A stretch of 64,000 nt of DNA from Eledone cirrhosa. Lineage: Eukaryota. Below are positions 59,322 to 64,000 of the stretch, one piece after another. Each line of letters starts with the position of its first letter. The first letter of the stretch is position 1. The stretch spans positions 24,676,001 to 24,740,000 of the forward strand of contig OZ024756.1 in assembly GCA_964016885.1 (NCBI GenBank), given 5' to 3'. The translations under genes and the position numbers were made by a program. The notes beneath the pieces were generated by a model that had not been told where the DNA came from, did not search any database, and was given only the letters and a program-made list of their open reading frames with translations.

Positions 59322-59487
59322 GTACTACATGGAGATTTTATATGAAAACAAATACTCCCGCTCTACTCCAATTGTGCTGGCAAAGATGTTCAGTAGGACT
59401 TCCTCTGTGACTCGCTCCCAGACTGGTTTTGCTATAAACACCAAACAAAAGATCATACTGAAAACAACCTTCACCAATGAGACAATG
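59322..59487 (+). CDS. PKHD1L1: PKHD1L1-like exon, last in window (YYMEILYENKYSRST...QTGFAINTKQKIILKTTFTNETM)
   Basis: ttctag| ... |gtaagt; phase 2-0; resembles YYIEIL...QTGDAVNEEQ. Confidence 0.92.
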
Positions 59488-62400
59488 GTAAGTAGTGTCA
59501 GGTTAGGGTAGCTAAAGACCCTGGGTTAGAGAAGCAATGAGACAATGGTAAGTAGTGCCAGGTTAAGACAGCTAAAGACCCTGGGTTAGAGAACCAATGA
59601 GACAATGGTAAGTAGTGTCAGGTTAAGACAGCTAAAGACCCTGGGTTAGAGAAGCAATGAGACAATGGTAAGTAGTGCCAGGTTAAGACAGCTAAAGACC
59701 CTGGGTTAGAGAACCAATGAGACAATGGTAAGTAGTGTCAGGTTAGGGCAGCTAAAGACCCTGGGTTAGAGAACCAATGAGACAATGGTAAGTAGTGCCA
59801 GGTTAAGACAGCTAAAGACCCTGGGTTAGAGAAGCAATGAGACAATGGTAAGTAGTGTCAGGTTAGGGCAGCTAAAGACCCTGGGTTAGAGAACCAATGA
59901 GACAATGGTAAGTAGTGTCAGGTTAGGGCAGCTAAAGACCCTGGGTTAGAGAACCAATGAGACAATGGTAAGTAGTGCCAGGTTAAGACAGCTAAAGACC
60001 CTGGGTTAGAGAAGCAATGAGACAATGGTAAGTAGTGCCAGGTTAAGACAGCTAAAGACCCTGGGTTAGAGAAGCAATGAGACAATGGTAAGTAGTGTCA
60101 GGTTAGGGCAGCTAAAGACCCTGGGTTAGAGAACCAATGAGACAATGGTAAGTAGTGTCAGGTTAGGGCAGCTAAAGACCCTGGGTTAGAGAACCAATGA
60201 GACAATGGTAAGTAGTGCCAGGTTAAGACAGCTAAAGACCCTGGGTTAGAGAAGCAATGAGACAATGGTAAGTAGTGCCAGGTTAAGACAGCTAAAGACC
60301 CTGGGTTAGAGAACCAATGAGACAATGGTAAGTAGTGCCAGGTTAAGACAGCTAAAGACCCTGGGTTAGAGAAGCAATGAGACAATGGTAAGTAGTGTCA
60401 GGTTAGGGCAGCTAAAGACCCTGGGTTAGAGAACCAATGAGACAATGGTAAGTAGTGCCAGGTTAAGACAGCTAAAGACCCTGGGTTAGAGAAGCAATGA
60501 GACAATGGTAAGTAGTGTCAGGTTAGGGCAGCTAAAGACCCTGGGTTAGAGAAGCAATGAGACAATGGTAAGTAGTGCCAGGTTAAGACAGCTAAAGACC
60601 CTGGGTTAGAGAAGCAATGAGACAATGGTAAGTAGTGCCAGGTTAAGACAGCTAAAGACCCTGGGTTAGAGAAGCAATGAGACAATGGTAAGTAGTGTCA
60701 GGTTAGGGCAGCTAAAGACCCTGGGTTAGAGAACCAATGAGACAATGGTAAGTAGTGCCAGGTTAAGACAGCTAAAGACCCTGGGTTAGAGAAGCAATGA
60801 GACAATGGTAAGTAGTGTCAGGTTAGGGTAGCTAAAGACCCTGGGTTAGAGAACCAATGAGACAATGGTAAGTAGTGTCAGGTTAGGGTAGCTAAAGACC
60901 CTGGGTTAGAGAACCAATGAGACAATGGTAAGTAGTGCCAGGTTAGGGCAGCTAAAGACCCTGGGTTAGAGAAGCAATGAGACAATGGTAAGTAGTGTCA
61001 GGTTAGGGCAGCTAAAGACCCTGGGTTAGAGAAGCAATGAGACAATGGTAAGTAGTGCCAGGTTAAGACAGCTAAAGACCCTGGGTTAGAGAACCAATGA
61101 GACAATGGTAAGTAGTGTCAGGTTAGGGCAGCTAAAGACCCTGGGTTAGAGAACCAATGAGACAATGGTAAGTAGTGCCAGGTTAAGACAGCTAAAGACC
61201 CTGGGTTAGAGAAGCAATGAGACAATGGTAAGTAGTGTCAGGTTAGGGTAGCTAAAGACCCTGGGTTAGAGAACCAATGAGACAATGGTAAGTAGTGTCA
61301 GGTTAGGGTAGCTAAAGACCCTGGGTTAGAGAACCAATGAGACAATGGTAAGTAGTGCCAGGTTAGGGCAGCTAAAGACCCTGGGTTAGAGAAGCAATGA
61401 GACAATGGTAAGTAGTGTCAGGTTAGGGCAGCTAAAGACCCTGGGTTAGAGAAGCAATGAGACAATGGTAAGTAGTGTCAGGTTAGGGCAGCTAAAGACC
61501 CTGGGTTAGAGAAGCAATGAGACAATGGTAAGTAGTGCCAGGTTAAGACAGCTAAAGACCCTGGGTTAGAGAACCAATGAGACAATGGTAAGTAGTGTCA
61601 GGTTAGGGTAGCTAAAGACCCTGGGTTAGAGAACCAATGAGACAATGGTAAGTAGTGTCAGGTTAAGACAGCTAAAGACCCTGGGTTAGAGAACCAATGA
61701 GACAATGGTAAGTAGTGTCAGGTTAGGGTAGCTAAAGACCCTGGGTTAGAGAACCAATGAGACAATGGTAAGTAGTGTCAGGTTAGGGTAGCTAAAGACC
61801 CTGGGTTAGAGAACCAATGAGACAATGGTAAGTAGTGTCAGGTTAGGGTAGCTAAAGACCCTGGGTTAGAGAACCAATGAGACAATGGTAAGTAGTGTCA
61901 GGTTAGGGCAGCTAAAGACCCTGGGTTAGAGAACCAATGAGACAATGGTAAGTAGTGCCAGGTTAAGACAGCTAAAGACCCTGGGTTAGAGAAGCAATGA
62001 GACAATGGTAAGTAGTGTCAGGTTAGGGCAGCTAAAGACCCTGGGTTAGAGAACCAATGAGACAATGGTAAGTAGTGCCAGGTTAAGACAGCTAAAGACC
62101 CTGGGTTAGAGAAGCAATGAGACAATGGTAAGTAGTGTCAGGTTAGGGCAGCTAAAGACCCTGGGTTAGAGAACCAATGAGACAATGGTAAGTAGTGCCA
62201 GGTTAAGACAGCTAAAGACCCTGGGTTAGAGAAGCAATGAGACAATGGTAAGTAGTGCCAGGTTAAGACAGCTAAAGACCCTGGGTTAGAGAACCAATGA
62301 GACAATGGTAAGTAGTGTCAGGTTAGGGCAGCTAAAGACCCTGGGTTAGAGAACCAATGAGACAATGGTAAGTAGTGTCAGGTTAGGGTAGCTAAAGACC

Positions 62401-64000
62401 CTGGGTTAGAGAACCAATGAGACAATGGTAAGTAGTGTCAGGTTAGGGTAGCTAAAGACCCTGGGTTAGAGAAGCAATGAGACAATGGTAAGTAGTGCCA
62501 GGTTAAGACAGCTAAAGACCCTGGGTTAGAGAAGCAATGAGACAATGGTAAGTAGTGCCAGGTTAAGACAGCTAAAGACCCTGGGTTAGAGAACCAATGA
62601 GACAATGGTAAGTAGTGCCAGGTTAAGACAGCTAAAGACCCTGGGTTAGAGAAGCAATGAGACAATGGTAAGTAGTGCCAGGTTAAGACAGCTAAAGACC
62701 CTGGGTTAGAGAACCAATGAGACAATGGTAAGTAGTGCCAGGTTAAGACAGCTAAAGACCCTGGGTTAGAGAAGCAATGAGACAATGGTAAGTAGTGCCA
62801 GGTTGAGACAGCTAAAGACCCTGGGTTAGAGAACCAATGAGACAATGGTAAGTAGTGCCAGGTTAAGACAGCTAAAGACCCTGGGTTAGAGAAGCAATGA
62901 GACAATGGTAAGTAGTGCCAGGTTGAGACAGCTAAAGACCCTGGGTTAGAGAACCAATGAGACAATGGTAAGTAGTGCCAGGTTAGGGCAGCTAAAGACC
63001 CTGGGTTAGAGAACCAATGAGACAATGGTAAGTAGTGTCAGGTTAGGGCAGCTAAAGACCCTGGGTTAGAGAACCAATGAGACAATGGTAAGTAGTGTCA
63101 GGTTAGGGCAGCTAAAGACCCTGGGTTAGAGAAGCAATGAGACAATGGTAAGTAGTGTCAGGTTAGGGCAGCTAAAGACCCTGGGTTAGAGAACCAATGA
63201 GACAATGGTAAGTAGTGCCAGGTTAAGACAGCTAAAGACCCTGGGTTAGAGAACCAATGAGACAATGGTAAGTAGTGCCAGGTTAAGACAGCTAAAGACC
63301 CTGGGTTAGAGAACCAATGAGACAATGGTAAGTAGTGCCAGGTTAAGACAGCTAAAGACCCTGGGTTAGAGAACCAATGAGACAATGGTAAGTAGTGCCA
63401 GGTTAAGACAGCTAAAGACCCTGGGTTAGAGAACCAATGAGACAATGGTAAGTAGTGTCAGGTTAGGGCAGCTAAAGACCCTGGGTTAGAGAACCAATGA
63501 GACAATGGTAAGTAGTGCCAGGTTAAGACAGCTAAAGACCCTGGGTTAGAGAAGCAATGAGACAATGGTAAGTAGTGCCAGGTTAAGACAGCTAAAGACC
63601 CTGGGTTAGAGAACCAATGAGACAATGGTAAGTAGTGCCAGGTTAAGACAGCTAAAGACCCTGGGTTAGAGAAGCAATGAGACAATGGTAAGTAGTGCCA
63701 GGTTAAGACAGCTAAAGACCCTGGGTTAGAGAACCAATGAGACAATGGTAAGTAGTGCCAGGTTAAGACAGCTAAAGACCCTGGGTTAGAGAAGCAATGA
63801 GACAATGGTAAGTAGTGCCAGGTTGAGACAGCTAAAGACCCTGGGTTAGAGAACCAATGAGACAATGGTAAGTAGTGCCAGGTTAGGGCAGCTAAAGACC
63901 CTGGGTTAGAGAACCAATGAGACAATGGTAAGTAGTGTCAGGTTAGGGCAGCTAAAGACCCTGGGTTAGAGAACCAATGAGACAATGGTAAGTAGTGTCA
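59473..64000 (+). repeat. 60-bp minisatellite, more than 75 copies, starting inside exon 59322-59487 and running off the window end
   Basis: Unit accaatgagacaatg-gtaagtagtgtcaggttagggcagctaaagaccctgggttagaga, exact 60-bp period. Confidence 0.98.

Noticed and set aside
59519-59530. Telomeric repeats (ggttaggg, gggttag within the 60-mer)
   Set aside because: Isolated hexamers within the unit, not tandem TTAGGG
59488-64000. CRISPR-like array, or coding repeat ORFs on the minus strand
   Set aside because: Contiguous units with no unique spacers and no cas genes; eukaryotic intron; the ORFs are broken by variant stops

Overview
Eukaryotic, AT-rich, microsatellite-dense DNA. The SINE content points to an octopod or other coleoid cephalopod (inference). 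The window is the intron-rich 5' part of one + strand gene, a fibrocystin-L/PKHD1L1-like protein. I read 14 GT-AG exons (6873-59487, 1391 nt, phases consistent throughout) encoding IPT/TIG repeats and a PA14-like region; the first exon and the rest of the gene lie outside the window. The introns hold a 5'-truncated R4/Dong-type REL retrotransposon in (TAA)n, a Penelope-like element with an inverted pLTR, RTE and Tx1/L1 fragments, about 15 tRNA-derived SINEs, a hAT MITE and a Helitron-like element. Two patterns stand out. (1) Minisatellite arrays are tandem amplifications of cis-signals: exon 59322-59487 lies between about 20 copies of its own 3' splice site and at least 75 copies of its own 5' splice site, and a SINE is preceded by about 66 copies of its A-box-like head. 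(2) Many short, often fold-back inserts in (TA)n tracts, from several sequence families, carry minimal hammerhead ribozyme cores. Most ORFs in the supplied track are simple-repeat artefacts. Repeat boundaries are approximate.
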